Shown: in pieces, positions 19,713 through 29,105 of the stretch
Layout: every line of letters begins with the position of its first letter
Numbering within the stretch: position 1 is the first letter of the stretch
Source: a virus
Lineage: Duplodnaviria > Caudoviricetes
DNA length: 64,000 nucleotides
Virus record (IMG/VR): IMGVR_UViG_3300027740_000003
Coordinates: 1 to 64,000 of that record
Strand: one strand, 5' to 3'
Translations under genes and position numbers: made by a program
The notes under the pieces: model-generated
Database searches by the model: none
Told to the model about the DNA's origin: nothing
What the model saw: only the letters and a program-made list of their open reading frames with translations

Positions 19713-19982
19713 TTATTCGATTATATCTTTTATTTTAACACATTCAAAACACAAATCTTCATTATTTAATTTTCTGGAAAACTTCCTACAAGAAGAGCAC
19801 CTGAATGTTAAAAAGTTTTTAATATATTCTATTATATTTATTTCCTGTTTTCCTTTACAATATCTGCAAGTTTTAAACTTGAGAGGAGTTGACTTGAAAG
19901 AACTATACGCAATTCCTTGAAGACAAAAAGGACAAATTCCGTTAAGATAATAAAATATAGATAGAATAGTACAATTAATCAT
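19713..19982 (-). CDS. Zn-finger-like protein ending KIKDIIE
   Basis: CPFC..CRYC..CSSC..CFEC, tag. Confidence 0.6.
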   Translation of the reverse strand: MINCTILSIFYYLNGICPFCLQGIAYSSFKSTPLKFKTCRYCKGKQEINIIEYIKNFLTFRCSSCRKFSRKLNNEDLCFECVKIKDIIE

Positions 19983-21330
19983 CTAAATCTTTTTCTTCTA
20001 AATCATCATCGTCATCCTCATCCTCAGAATACTTCCCAACAAATGAGTTCATATCATCAATATATTTAACAACCTCATCAAACGAGGTATACTTCAATTG
20101 AATAAGAACTTCTTTCAACCAAGCCCCGGTCATTTTTTCTGATTTCTCTGCAATAATATTTAACAAATCATCTTCTATATTTACATTAAATATCTTTGCA
20201 TATCCTTTAAGTATATCTAATCTTTCATTTTGATCGGGAAGATTAAATCTAACAATAGTATCTATCCTTCCAGGACGAAGAAAAGACTCTTCCATTTCTT
20301 CTGTCTTATTTGCTGTTAAAATAATAGAAACATTTGAATTGGTTTGTTTAATATGATCTAGAGTTGTAAGAAGCTCTGGTATTTTATAACTATGAGCCTT
20401 ATCAACATCGTCTACAATAATAAAATTGGGAGACAGCACATCAAATAAGAACCTAAGATTCGTTTCCGAAGTATTATGAAGCATATTAGCTCCCATTCTG
20501 ATAATCTTTCCACCAGATTCTGTAGCAAATCTTAAAGCCAAAGTGGTTTTGCCGGTTCCTGGTTTGCCCAGGAACAAATAGGTTCTAGATATATTGTCAA
20601 GAACAATCCTGCCATGCTTTTCTTTAAGTTCTTTTAGCCTTTCTGAGGCTCCTCCAAAAGCAGGAGGGTTAGGATAAGGGAAAGTTGAATAGCCGTATTC
20701 TTCGCCTCCAATGCTTGGGATTGAGCATACCTCAATCCTACCATCGTTCTTGTCCCAAATCATCTGGGACAGTTTCTTAAAATCAACACCTTTCGAATGG
20801 AAAAATACATCCCTGTAAATATATTCCCCGGCAAGATCTACCTCAACCAGAATAAAATCACCAATATCTTTATGTTTCAAAACAAGAATAGACTGATGAT
20901 CTTCAATAGGATCTCTGTCTACAACATCAAATACATCTAACATTCCGGTGGAAACAAACATATTAACAAAATGTTTATTGTTTTTAAATACGGCATCGTA
21001 TTTATTGCAAATAATCTGCATCTTACTTCTTTTGTCTCCCATAGACATAATTTTATTAATTATATTAGCAACTTTAATGCCTCCAGTAAATATATTATCT
21101 TGTTTATTAGGAAGGCTGGTAGATATTTCCGAGGCCACATTGAGTAAAGTAAAAGCATTAGATTTCAAATAAAACCAAGCCTTTTTTGTCAACGAATCAT
21201 TAGATTGTTTTTTATCACGTTTTGTTGGAGCTTCATTTTTCAATGAAGGATCATATCTGTCATTTTCAATGATAGCACGAACGTCTTCCATTATTTCAAT
21301 CCATTCTTTACGATTTGTTTGTGTTTCCAA
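19975..21330 (-). CDS. AAA+ ATPase
   Basis: GKPGTGKT, IIVDDVD, RPGRID second region of homology; acidic tail. Confidence 0.9.
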   Translation of the reverse strand: METQTNRKEWIEIMEDVRAIIENDRYDPSLKNEAPTKRDKKQSNDSLTKKAWFYLKSNAFTLLNVASEISTSLPNKQDNIFTGGIKVANIINKIMSMGDKRSKMQIICNKYDAVFKNNKHFVNMFVSTGMLDVFDVVDRDPIEDHQSILVLKHKDIGDFILVEVDLAGEYIYRDVFFHSKGVDFKKLSQMIWDKNDGRIEVCSIPSIGGEEYGYSTFPYPNPPAFGGASERLKELKEKHGRIVLDNISRTYLFLGKPGTGKTTLALRFATESGGKIIRMGANMLHNTSETNLRFLFDVLSPNFIIVDDVDKAHSYKIPELLTTLDHIKQTNSNVSIILTANKTEEMEESFLRPGRIDTIVRFNLPDQNERLDILKGYAKIFNVNIEDDLLNIIAEKSEKMTGAWLKEVLIQLKYTSFDEVVKYIDDMNSFVGKYSEDEDDDDDLEEKDLDD

Positions 21331-21944
21331 TGTTCATCTGTTTGAACATGGTTTTTTCTCACATACTTAGCAATAGATGTTTGGAACTGTTCATCAAAGA
21401 AACCTCCCTCGATTCTAATAACCAACCCTTCTCTTTCGTCCCCATAAAAAGATGGCCTCTTAGCCTCTTCAAGAATATAGTTTTCTAATTGTTTCTCGGA
21501 AAAGAACCATTTGTTTTTTGCAATAACTGGAACAGTTAATAATCCAAGGCTTTCAGCTATTGTTTCAACTGTAGGCCACATATACCAAGCGGATTCTTTG
21601 TCATCATCGTATCTTGCTGCAAAAATCATCAGGTATGCAGGCAATGAATCATAATAAATAGAATGTTGTGCAAATAACCATTCTCCATATATAGAAACAT
21701 TCTTTGGAAGAATATATTTAATAGAAGCGTGAATTGATTTTAATTGATCAAATGAAGGATGGTTAGGAGAACCCGAATGGCTTCTAGCAAAACAATTATC
21801 TTTGGAAAGAAAGACATTAGACCCGTCTAATTTTTCCGTAATTATCAATGGTTTGTTCAGCAGGCACGAGACATTATGCATAATTTTATCATCATTACTT
21901 GCTCCTGGGGAGAATGGAAGATGATATGTTCGTGGGTATTTCAT
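21291..21944 (-). CDS. Compact RNA ligase-family nucleotidyltransferase
   Basis: KYPRTYHLPFSPG, TEKLDGSN, YGEWLFA, EGLVIR, AKYVR. Confidence 0.8.
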   Translation of the reverse strand: MKYPRTYHLPFSPGASNDDKIMHNVSCLLNKPLIITEKLDGSNVFLSKDNCFARSHSGSPNHPSFDQLKSIHASIKYILPKNVSIYGEWLFAQHSIYYDSLPAYLMIFAARYDDDKESAWYMWPTVETIAESLGLLTVPVIAKNKWFFSEKQLENYILEEAKRPSFYGDEREGLVIRIEGGFFDEQFQTSIAKYVRKNHVQTDEHWKHKQIVKNGLK

Positions 21945-21989
21945 TGAATTATATTCCTGATTTTAATGCTGCATTGACGATTATGATTT

Positions 21990-22181
21990 TTAGTGTCCTG
22001 TCCAAAAATCAATGTATAGCGGCGACCCATAATTAGCATAATCACCATAACTATTATTATAGTTGTTATAGCCATTGTTGGCATCATCTAATATTCTTTC
22101 AATAGGAGATAATACTTCTATAATATCAGTTTTGTTAGCCAAACGTTTTAAGGCTGTTTGTCGTTTTATATATGTTTTCAT
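21990..22181 (-). CDS. 63-aa hypothetical protein (repeat copy 1)
   Basis: Identical to 22578..22769. Confidence 0.55.
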   Translation of the reverse strand: MKTYIKRQTALKRLANKTDIIEVLSPIERILDDANNGYNNYNNSYGDYANYGSPLYIDFWTGH

Positions 22182-22255
22182 ATTATTCCTTGTTATTGAA
22201 TTTATTTGGTCAATAATTATTCTGCTCTATTATACCCATTATCATTAGTTTAACT

Positions 22256-22465
22256 TCACAATATAATATCTTTAATTATTAATTCGTCTTTTAAAGACTG
22301 CAAGTTGAATGATTTGGGGAAAAGGTGGTCATATAATTTAGATTCTTTTATTATAATATCATTTCCTTGTTTATTTTTCAAAATCGGAAACGACTCTGAA
22401 AGCAATAAAGCATAATCAATTTTATTTTTCAGAAGTTTTTTCCTAGTATTAGCTCCAAACTCCAT
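22256..22465 (-). CDS. Hypothetical protein ending DELIIKDIIL (possibly 5'-truncated)
   Basis: Frame stays open upstream of the ATG to the repeat junction. Confidence 0.5.
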   Translation of the reverse strand: MEFGANTRKKLLKNKIDYALLLSESFPILKNKQGNDIIIKESKLYDHLFPKSFNLQSLKDELIIKDIIL

Positions 22466-22577
22466 CCCTTTTGTGAAAAAAGAAAGATATTTTAATTCTG
22501 AATTGAAGATGATATGTTCGTGGGTATTTCATTGAATTATATTCCTGATTTTAATGCTGCATTGACGATTATGATTT

Positions 22578-22769
22578 TTAGTGTCCTGTCCAAAAATCAA
22601 TGTATAGCGGCGACCCATAATTAGCATAATCACCATAACTATTATTATAGTTGTTATAGCCATTGTTGGCATCATCTAATATTCTTTCAATAGGAGATAA
22701 TACTTCTATAATATCAGTTTTGTTAGCCAAACGTTTTAAGGCTGTTTGTCGTTTTATATATGTTTTCAT
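22578..22769 (-). CDS. 63-aa hypothetical protein (repeat copy 2)
   Basis: Identical to 21990..22181. Confidence 0.55.
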   Translation of the reverse strand: MKTYIKRQTALKRLANKTDIIEVLSPIERILDDANNGYNNYNNSYGDYANYGSPLYIDFWTGH

Positions 22770-22946
22770 ATTATTCCTTGTTATTGAATTTATTTGGTCA
22801 ATAATTATTCTGCTCTATTATACCCATTATCATTAGTTTAACTTCACAATATAATATCTTTAATTATTAATTCGTCTTTTAAAGACTGCAAGTTGAATGA
22901 TTTGGGGAAAAGGTGGTCATATAATTTAGATTCTTTTATTATAATA

Positions 22947-23282
22947 TCATTTCCTTTCTGTTGTCCCAACAGATCCTGCCGCTCTATAAGCTGCTAAAAC
23001 TGTTATATGATTTATAGATTTTTCAGGACACAAAGAAATTCCACGTTTTATATTTGAAAATATATTTGTTGTAATTTTAAATTGTAATGATTTATTTCTA
23101 TTATTAGGATTAATAGGAAATTCAATAAAACTATCTAAATCTGTTAGACAGGTTTCTTCTGATAATTTCTTTAGTCCCGATTTGTTTAATAAATAAACGG
23201 TGTCAAAAATGATTGGAATATATTTAATATAATTATGATCATCTCTAATATAGAGATAGTCAACAGTATATTCACCCATCAC
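22947..23282 (-). CDS. Hypothetical protein terminating at the repeat junction
   Basis: 111-aa ORF; stop lies just inside repeat copy 2. Confidence 0.5.
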   Translation of the reverse strand: MMGEYTVDYLYIRDDHNYIKYIPIIFDTVYLLNKSGLKKLSEETCLTDLDSFIEFPINPNNRNKSLQFKITTNIFSNIKRGISLCPEKSINHITVLAAYRAAGSVGTTERK

Positions 23283-23532
23283 TTACTACCACCTCTCCAA
23301 TTGGAATAGACAAAACCTCTGTGTTCGACGATATCAACACAAGATTTTCCTCAGTAATTTTTAGGAACTCAAACTCATCCCCATTATAAAGAACTTTGAT
23401 TCCAGGTTTGAAAAATTGATTGCTCAATATCTTCTCTGCATCATACCAGTTGCTTTCAGCAGTAGAAGATCTGTTGTTAATAGATCTTATCTGCCACAAT
23501 TTGTATGCAAGCTCTCTAACAGATTGTTCCAT
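23272..23532 (-). CDS. Hypothetical protein
   Basis: 86 aa; RELAYKLWQ...NWYDAE resembles DUF2934-like motif. Confidence 0.55.
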   Translation of the reverse strand: MEQSVRELAYKLWQIRSINNRSSTAESNWYDAEKILSNQFFKPGIKVLYNGDEFEFLKITEENLVLISSNTEVLSIPIGEVVVSDG

Positions 23533-23900
23533 TAATTAATTGGTCCGTTCTTTTTTGGATCATATCCGGCTGTAGTAGCCTGGCTATTATTCATCATAGC
23601 TTCAAACATACTCTTGCTATTATTCATTAGCCTTTCGTTCATTTTAGCCTCTTCTCGATCTAAATCGAGAACACCAGCAATATTGTCAACCAAATTATAA
23701 ATGCACCACAAAGCAAATAGAGCTTTGTGCTTTGGAGAAAACATAACTGCTCCAACAAGCAGTCCTGTTTTCAACCCATTCTTGAACCATAAATCGCGAA
23801 TACCAAATGCTTTTTCTAAACCGAAATTAGCAAACAATTTTCTATTCATAAAATGACTTGCTAATGTTTTTGCATTTTTAATCAGGTTATCCTTGTCCAT
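23532..23900 (-). CDS. Hypothetical protein
   Basis: 122-aa ORF in an overlapping-gene chain. Confidence 0.6.
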   Translation of the reverse strand: MDKDNLIKNAKTLASHFMNRKLFANFGLEKAFGIRDLWFKNGLKTGLLVGAVMFSPKHKALFALWCIYNLVDNIAGVLDLDREEAKMNERLMNNSKSMFEAMMNNSQATTAGYDPKKNGPIN

Positions 23901-24231
23901 ATTTTTTATCTTTCAGTTCATTGAGTATTGAAAAAATGGAGACATATTCGCCACTTTTCTTGTGTTTGAGAACATAATCACCTTCGTCCCCTTTGTCAAG
24001 GCAGAACTCACTGATAGAAGGCATATATGGTGCTTTAGGAATAATAAGCTCTTCTGCGTATGTCTGAGGAGAAGGAGATGGATCCGTTGACCTAATTAGT
24101 TGAATAGGCACTCGTTTTCCAGAATACATTTCAAATGCTTCGGCAATTAATATATGTTCCTCCGGACTAACATTAACTTGATCGAAGAAATACCTGAGGT
24201 ATTCTATTTCATTGGCAATAGGTTTGCTCAT
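23887..24231 (-). CDS. Hypothetical protein
   Basis: 114-aa ORF. Confidence 0.6.
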   Translation of the reverse strand: MSKPIANEIEYLRYFFDQVNVSPEEHILIAEAFEMYSGKRVPIQLIRSTDPSPSPQTYAEELIIPKAPYMPSISEFCLDKGDEGDYVLKHKKSGEYVSIFSILNELKDKKYGQG

Positions 24232-24251
24232 ATAATTATGGAATAATATTC

Positions 24252-24923
24252 TTAGAAACCTGCCCCTAATGCAATTCCTGCCCAGGGATTAATATCCTCT
24301 GTCCTGGCTGCATAAGCTAATGCCCCAACGATACCAACTGTGAATGTTTTGCCAAGTGGCTGATAAATTGTTCCACTCAATGTTAGGTCTTGTATCCCTA
24401 ACTCTAAACCCTCATATCCAGAAATGCCACCGGTTAGTTTAATATTTGCTGCGCCGAAAGATGAAGCAAGACCAGAATAAGCATATGCCCCTTTTGTTAT
24501 TACAGGATCAACTGCCACCCCGGCTACTGGATATATAAACAAAGAATTATATGCAGATATATCAATGCTAACTTCGTGCATATAATCATCAACAGGATCT
24601 AATAAAACATATGCAGTATAAAATAGTTTTAGTTCCAAATTTTTTGTTGGACTAATAGTATAACCAATTCTAGGATCTACTTCGTGTGCATTTCCTTTAG
24701 TTGGGAAATAACCTAAGAAACCGCCAGACAAAGACCCAAGTTTAATATCTACCAAGGATTGAAAATTTGGATCAAACAAATCTTCAGACAGAAGATCTCC
24801 TCGCCATACATATGAGCTAGCAGTAAGAACTTCTACATATCCTTCGGTTTCTGCTTGGGCCTGGAAAGAATTTAAACCAATTAATGAAACAATAGCAATG
24901 ATGATATTATTTTTCATTTTCAA
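24252..24923 (-). CDS. Outer-membrane beta-barrel protein (TIGR02001/Gcw_chp-like)
   Basis: Signal peptide ending AQA, SSYVWRG motif, alternating amphipathic strands, terminal Phe. Confidence 0.7.
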   Translation of the reverse strand: MKMKNNIIIAIVSLIGLNSFQAQAETEGYVEVLTASSYVWRGDLLSEDLFDPNFQSLVDIKLGSLSGGFLGYFPTKGNAHEVDPRIGYTISPTKNLELKLFYTAYVLLDPVDDYMHEVSIDISAYNSLFIYPVAGVAVDPVITKGAYAYSGLASSFGAANIKLTGGISGYEGLELGIQDLTLSGTIYQPLGKTFTVGIVGALAYAARTEDINPWAGIALGAGF

Positions 24924-25377
24924 TTTCTTTAATCATGGAATCTACAATGATCCTAGCTTTATGTTTAGACATAATAGCCAACATAGCCTGATATTTGCTT
25001 TTTATTGCAGCAAGTTGTTCTAATGTAAGTTTAGAATTCTTTTTAAGATTATTACAATCAAAACACATTGTTTGTAAATTGTTTTGTTTTGTCGGTCCGC
25101 CTTTGGAATAAGGAACAACATGATCTTTTGTCATAAGGATAAGCTCACCATTTTCTTCTGCATATAGATTAAAATGGGGAACAAATTCTGATTCCTGATG
25201 TTTCTGTAAAAGAAATACGGTTCCTTTTATTCCACAACATACACAGCTTGGATTGTTCTTGAAACAAAATAATCTAGCAGATGAGGTTTTAATATTTTTT
25301 CCATCATAAGGATATGTTCCATTAAAAGAAACATATGGAAAAATTTCCTCTGGATCAAATTTTGCAATAGTGATCAT
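24907..25377 (-). CDS. HNH endonuclease-family protein
   Basis: CVCCG, MTKDHVVPYSKGG...NLQTMCFDCNNLK. Confidence 0.85.
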   Translation of the reverse strand: MITIAKFDPEEIFPYVSFNGTYPYDGKNIKTSSARLFCFKNNPSCVCCGIKGTVFLLQKHQESEFVPHFNLYAEENGELILMTKDHVVPYSKGGPTKQNNLQTMCFDCNNLKKNSKLTLEQLAAIKSKYQAMLAIMSKHKARIIVDSMIKEIENEK

Positions 25378-25648
25378 ATTATTATTTTTGCATCTATATA
25401 TGATTAGAACTATATTAGATTTAGTCTATGATTATATGTCTTTGAAAAAGGAAGGCAAAGATACCCTTGAGTGTAGGCGCAACTTTGCCAAAGCACTAAT
25501 GGCTTTTATTGATTTCCGCGTCGGAGCAGATGAAAAAGAATTAAAAACAGATGTTATTGATCTGCTCTCCAATGCACCTATCCCAGGATCAGAAAACTTC
25601 GACGAAGAATATAAAGAATGGTATGAAAAAACTAAAGAAATATTCTAG
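25370..25648 (+). CDS. Hypothetical protein on the opposite strand
   Basis: 92-aa ORF occupying a gap between minus-strand genes. Confidence 0.5.
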   Translation: MIILLFLHLYMIRTILDLVYDYMSLKKEGKDTLECRRNFAKALMAFIDFRVGADEKELKTDVIDLLSNAPIPGSENFDEEYKEWYEKTKEIF

Positions 25649-25656
25649 TTTAAACA

Positions 25657-26256
25657 TCATGGCGGCAGAACGCACCTAACATTATCTTCCCACCTATTCC
25701 CTTTTTTATATAGGAGATCGTACTTCTTTACAATGTTTTTAAAAGTATTTGCAACACAATGCAAAGAATAATACGGACTCATACAGACGCCTACACCCGC
25801 GCATCTATTTAAATCTATATTAAGGTTCTTTGGAAGAACTCTAATCGTTTTAGATTCATTCCAATCAACAAATGCGTTCCATTTCTTATATGTCTCATAA
25901 TAAGAAAAATCTGCGTTGTCTTTAAAATTACACGAACCGGCTTTGATTATACTGTCTCTAATCCAGAGATAAGATCCTTCTTTCCTCCAATTAACATATG
26001 AAACCCAAGACCCACATCCGAGTCTTTGAATTTTCTTGTGGTATAAATCAGAATGTCTGTCCACATTTACCAGAATTTTTGCACCAGAACTGTTAACATA
26101 AGGCAATAGTTGCTGGTGATTCATTACAGAACGAATTTCAATGCCACGCTTTTTAGCTAGAATAATTATATTTTCAACAAATGGCTCGGCACAATAAGGA
26201 TATTCATTAAAATAATCCATATCTATAGATAGATAGAATCTTTTATTGAATTTCAT
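25657..26256 (-). CDS. UPF0489/arginase-fold-like protein
   Basis: LSIDMDYF, NVDRHSDL. Confidence 0.55.
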   Translation of the reverse strand: MKFNKRFYLSIDMDYFNEYPYCAEPFVENIIILAKKRGIEIRSVMNHQQLLPYVNSSGAKILVNVDRHSDLYHKKIQRLGCGSWVSYVNWRKEGSYLWIRDSIIKAGSCNFKDNADFSYYETYKKWNAFVDWNESKTIRVLPKNLNIDLNRCAGVGVCMSPYYSLHCVANTFKNIVKKYDLLYKKGNRWEDNVRCVLPP

Positions 26257-27053
26257 AGTGGTAGATACTGTCCTTTTTGAAGGAAGCCTAAGAATCCGTC
26301 TTTAAAAGATTTTTCTTTCCACTCATCCCAATTGTTTCCAACATTATCCTGGTAATGATATAACCACATCTTGGCTTTAATTTCACTTGGAAGAGAGTTT
26401 AAATCAGAATAATGAGCATGAACTCCGCTTTTAATTGGGCCGCTATTAGAATAGATTGTTTCACAATCATGTAGTATTATATCTGCTTCCTTGTAATAAG
26501 CTTTCATGCTTGTTTCAGGAGCAAACATTACATCTGTAGAAATATAAACCCTCTTGTTAGTTTCTGGAGCAGTAAACATTAGTCCAAAAGAATCTACAAT
26601 GGCATACTTGGAAACAATGTGAAGCGACTGTACAAGATCAAATTTGGTTCCCTGCCATTCAAAGAATCCATTTTTTGATACAGGATGAAGTTCAAAATAT
26701 GTATCAAGCCTTGCCTCAATACCTTCAAGGCTTTCCATTCCGGCAGATAGTTTATTGTTCCACAATCTTTGAAGCAAATATTGTTCGCCATATAGTTTTG
26801 GTTTGCCACAGTTTGGATCAAAATATGTTTTGAAACCAAGCCATTCTGCATTCCCATGATCGTCGTGCAAATGCGAAACATATACCCCATCAATTTCTTT
26901 ATAAGACCTGCCTGCATCACGCATTGCAAAACGAATATCAGACCCACAATCAACAAGAAGATACTTCCCATCTGCCTCCAAAAGAAAATTACTATGATAA
27001 TTGTTCTCAGTAAAAGCTGAACCCGTCCCCAGACAAATTAGTTTCATGCCCAT
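26253..27053 (-). CDS. MBL-fold metallo-hydrolase (RNase Z/phosphodiesterase-like)
   Basis: LGTGSAF, LLVDCGSD, SHLHDDH, ILHDC, VHAHY, LYHY. Confidence 0.85.
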   Translation of the reverse strand: MGMKLICLGTGSAFTENNYHSNFLLEADGKYLLVDCGSDIRFAMRDAGRSYKEIDGVYVSHLHDDHGNAEWLGFKTYFDPNCGKPKLYGEQYLLQRLWNNKLSAGMESLEGIEARLDTYFELHPVSKNGFFEWQGTKFDLVQSLHIVSKYAIVDSFGLMFTAPETNKRVYISTDVMFAPETSMKAYYKEADIILHDCETIYSNSGPIKSGVHAHYSDLNSLPSEIKAKMWLYHYQDNVGNNWDEWKEKSFKDGFLGFLQKGQYLPL

Positions 27054-27598
27054 GCTTCATTCCTTATTTTGCACTGTGTGCAAATGTAGTTTTCAACAGG
27101 ATCAATATATGGATTATTATATCCACATTTGATACAAATATTTGTGCCGTCGTTAACAGAGCTGCAACTATTAGCAATTGTGGCAATTTCAAAATCTGTA
27201 TATACTGGAACATTTGTATTGTATTTGACAATACTAGAATGAGAATCTGTAATAAATTTTAGATTTGAAATTCCAACACTAGATTCATATATACAATCAT
27301 ATTTATAATAGTTAAGAAAACAATTATTAGCAAAACAATATTTTGTTTTTATGGGCGAAAAATCATCATCAAGAATTTGAGCCAATCTTGCTTGAACAAT
27401 AAAATCACAATCATCTTCATCATTACATTTATAATAAATGTTATTGACATTTGGTTCTGATTTTAGATTAGTGATGTAGGAAAATCCCTGAATAAAATAA
27501 AGTTTACATTGTTTCTTTCCCCATTGGAATACATCACAAGGTGGTGCTTTTTTAAAAGCAATTTTCCAACCACCCATTGAACATTGAATAATTTCCAT
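27044..27598 (-). CDS. Hypothetical protein with C-terminal zinc ribbon
   Basis: CIKCG...CTQC; start reset to ATG 27598 downstream of the promoter. Confidence 0.55.
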   Translation of the reverse strand: MEIIQCSMGGWKIAFKKAPPCDVFQWGKKQCKLYFIQGFSYITNLKSEPNVNNIYYKCNDEDDCDFIVQARLAQILDDDFSPIKTKYCFANNCFLNYYKYDCIYESSVGISNLKFITDSHSSIVKYNTNVPVYTDFEIATIANSCSSVNDGTNICIKCGYNNPYIDPVENYICTQCKIRNEAWA

Positions 27599-27632
27599 GT
27601 GTTTTATTCTCCAGCGGCACGTTGTCTGGATC

Positions 27633-27661
27633 AGCCTAAGCCTTCCCAAACCATCTGTCAA
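27633..27661 (-). promoter_or_regulatory. sigma70-type promoter
   Basis: TTGACA-17-TAGGCT. Confidence 0.65.
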
Positions 27662-27676
27662 GACCTAAGATACAGC

Positions 27677-27710
27677 AACGCCTCCGGTACTGTGTGGCAC
27701 CGGAGGCGTT
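27677..27710. terminator. GC-rich hairpin, probable terminator
   Basis: AACGCCTCCGGT...ACCGGAGGCGTT 12-bp perfect stem just after 27727..28059. Confidence 0.7.
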
Positions 27711-27726
27711 ATGTTTTGCTTTTGAA

Positions 27727-28059
27727 TTACGCGGCAACAGACTCGGCCTCGGGGTTGACCTCCGGCTCTTCCTCAGTGGGACTGCCTTCTGTTAGGTCCC
27801 ATTCCTTGATCCCACCAGCCCGACCCTTCGAAACGAAAAACTCATGCTCTCCGGGAAGGTCAAAAGCCTTGCTTGCCATGGCACACTTGACGTCAGCCGG
27901 GGTCCAAGCACAAGGATCATCTGGTCCAAGCTGAAGCTCAGCATTAATGCCCGCGGCAACCTCGGGGCCAAGAAGGCCCCGGCTATAACCGTTAGCAGCC
28001 AGCAGCCCCAGAAGAACCTTACGTCCTGCATCACAATGATTACTATCGAACTTTGCCAT
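27727..28059 (-). CDS. Small GC-richer hypothetical protein, possibly nucleic-acid binding
   Basis: Strong RBS GAGGAG, own promoter and hairpin; SKGRAGGI motif, acidic tail. Confidence 0.7.
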   Translation of the reverse strand: MAKFDSNHCDAGRKVLLGLLAANGYSRGLLGPEVAAGINAELQLGPDDPCAWTPADVKCAMASKAFDLPGEHEFFVSKGRAGGIKEWDLTEGSPTEEEPEVNPEAESVAA

Positions 28060-28150
28060 TTTGTTTTCTCCTCTTTCTCTTTTATTAATTTGGTTATTCA
28101 GAACAATAAGAGGAGGCTCTGGTTGAGTCCGTCGTTCCTCTTACAACATC

Positions 28151-28179
28151 AATCTAGGTCGTCTTGCTCCTTCTGTCAA
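28151..28179 (-). promoter_or_regulatory. sigma70-type promoter
   Basis: TTGACA-17-TAGATT. Confidence 0.7.
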
Positions 28180-28546
28180 CGGCCCCCGCGTTTTTTCTTT
28201 CGAGACACGGTTTCTGGAGAGCAGCGCCAAACACAACTCCACGAGATCTTTTAGGAAACGGCAGCCTGGTTCCTTCCGCTGCGGCTTTTTCATTTTCAAT
28301 AGCAATTGTTTTCATTGCTATAATTTCCATCGGAGCATTATTTATATTTATTCCACAAGCGTGGTGTGGTTTAAATTCTTCAGATATATTAACTTCCATT
28401 CCACAATAAATACATTTGCTACCAATCCAAGTTGTATTTTTATAAAACCTGTTTGCATTTACTGGTAAAACGAAACAACCCAGCTCATGGCCGTTTCTTG
28501 CAGCCATAAGCCGGGCGTTTCTTTTTAACCTATCGATTCTTTTCAC
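28154..28546 (-). CDS. Hypothetical protein
   Basis: 130-aa ORF, GHEL...CIYCG. Confidence 0.55.
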   Translation of the reverse strand: MKRIDRLKRNARLMAARNGHELGCFVLPVNANRFYKNTTWIGSKCIYCGMEVNISEEFKPHHACGININNAPMEIIAMKTIAIENEKAAAEGTRLPFPKRSRGVVFGAALQKPCLERKNAGAVDRRSKTT

Positions 28547-28549
28547 TGA

Positions 28550-29077
28550 TTACTCGTTATCATACAGCACATCATCAAGCTCAATGAAATCAAAACATCG
28601 ATTCTCATCCTTGAGAGCCTTCCACCAACCACGATCCATAGTCTCGGAGAAGAATGCTAGCGTAATGTTCAGATCAGGATCGTCTGCCTTGGCAGCCTTG
28701 ATCACTGGAAGCATATCCAAACTGTCAGAAACGATTACAATAGTATCGCTATCTGATGTGGCAAGCTGATATGCAATCTGTGCATCAAAGCGATAGTCCA
28801 CAGTATGCTCCTGATATCTTACATCTCGACTCTGGGACTTGTTTACATTCCACCCAAGCTCTTCTAACCCTTTAACAAAGGACTCTTGCTCTGGGTTCTT
28901 TGCGGAATACAGAGTATACCAAACATTACTATCCCACTTCTCAACATTCATGGCCTGAAGCAGACCACTGTTGAGTTGTGAATAGTTAATGCTTCGCCGA
29001 ACCCTACCAGGATTACAGCCGCTTCGTGCCGCATAGAGTGCTGTTAGATCACCAAATACACTAATTGTCTTACTCAT
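28550..29077 (-). CDS. NYN/LabA-like PIN-fold protein
   Basis: VFGDLTALY, FDAQIA, IVIVSDSLDMLPVI. Confidence 0.6.
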   Translation of the reverse strand: MSKTISVFGDLTALYAARSGCNPGRVRRSINYSQLNSGLLQAMNVEKWDSNVWYTLYSAKNPEQESFVKGLEELGWNVNKSQSRDVRYQEHTVDYRFDAQIAYQLATSDSDTIVIVSDSLDMLPVIKAAKADDPDLNITLAFFSETMDRGWWKALKDENRCFDFIELDDVLYDNE

Positions 29078-29105
29078 TTTTTGTTTCTTTCTGTTTAATT
29101 ACTTG

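Larger units (their letters stand above)
21917..22956. repeat. 452-bp direct repeat (21917..22368 and 22505..22956) with a 136-bp unique spacer
   Basis: Copies read identical by eye at offset 588. Confidence 0.92.
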
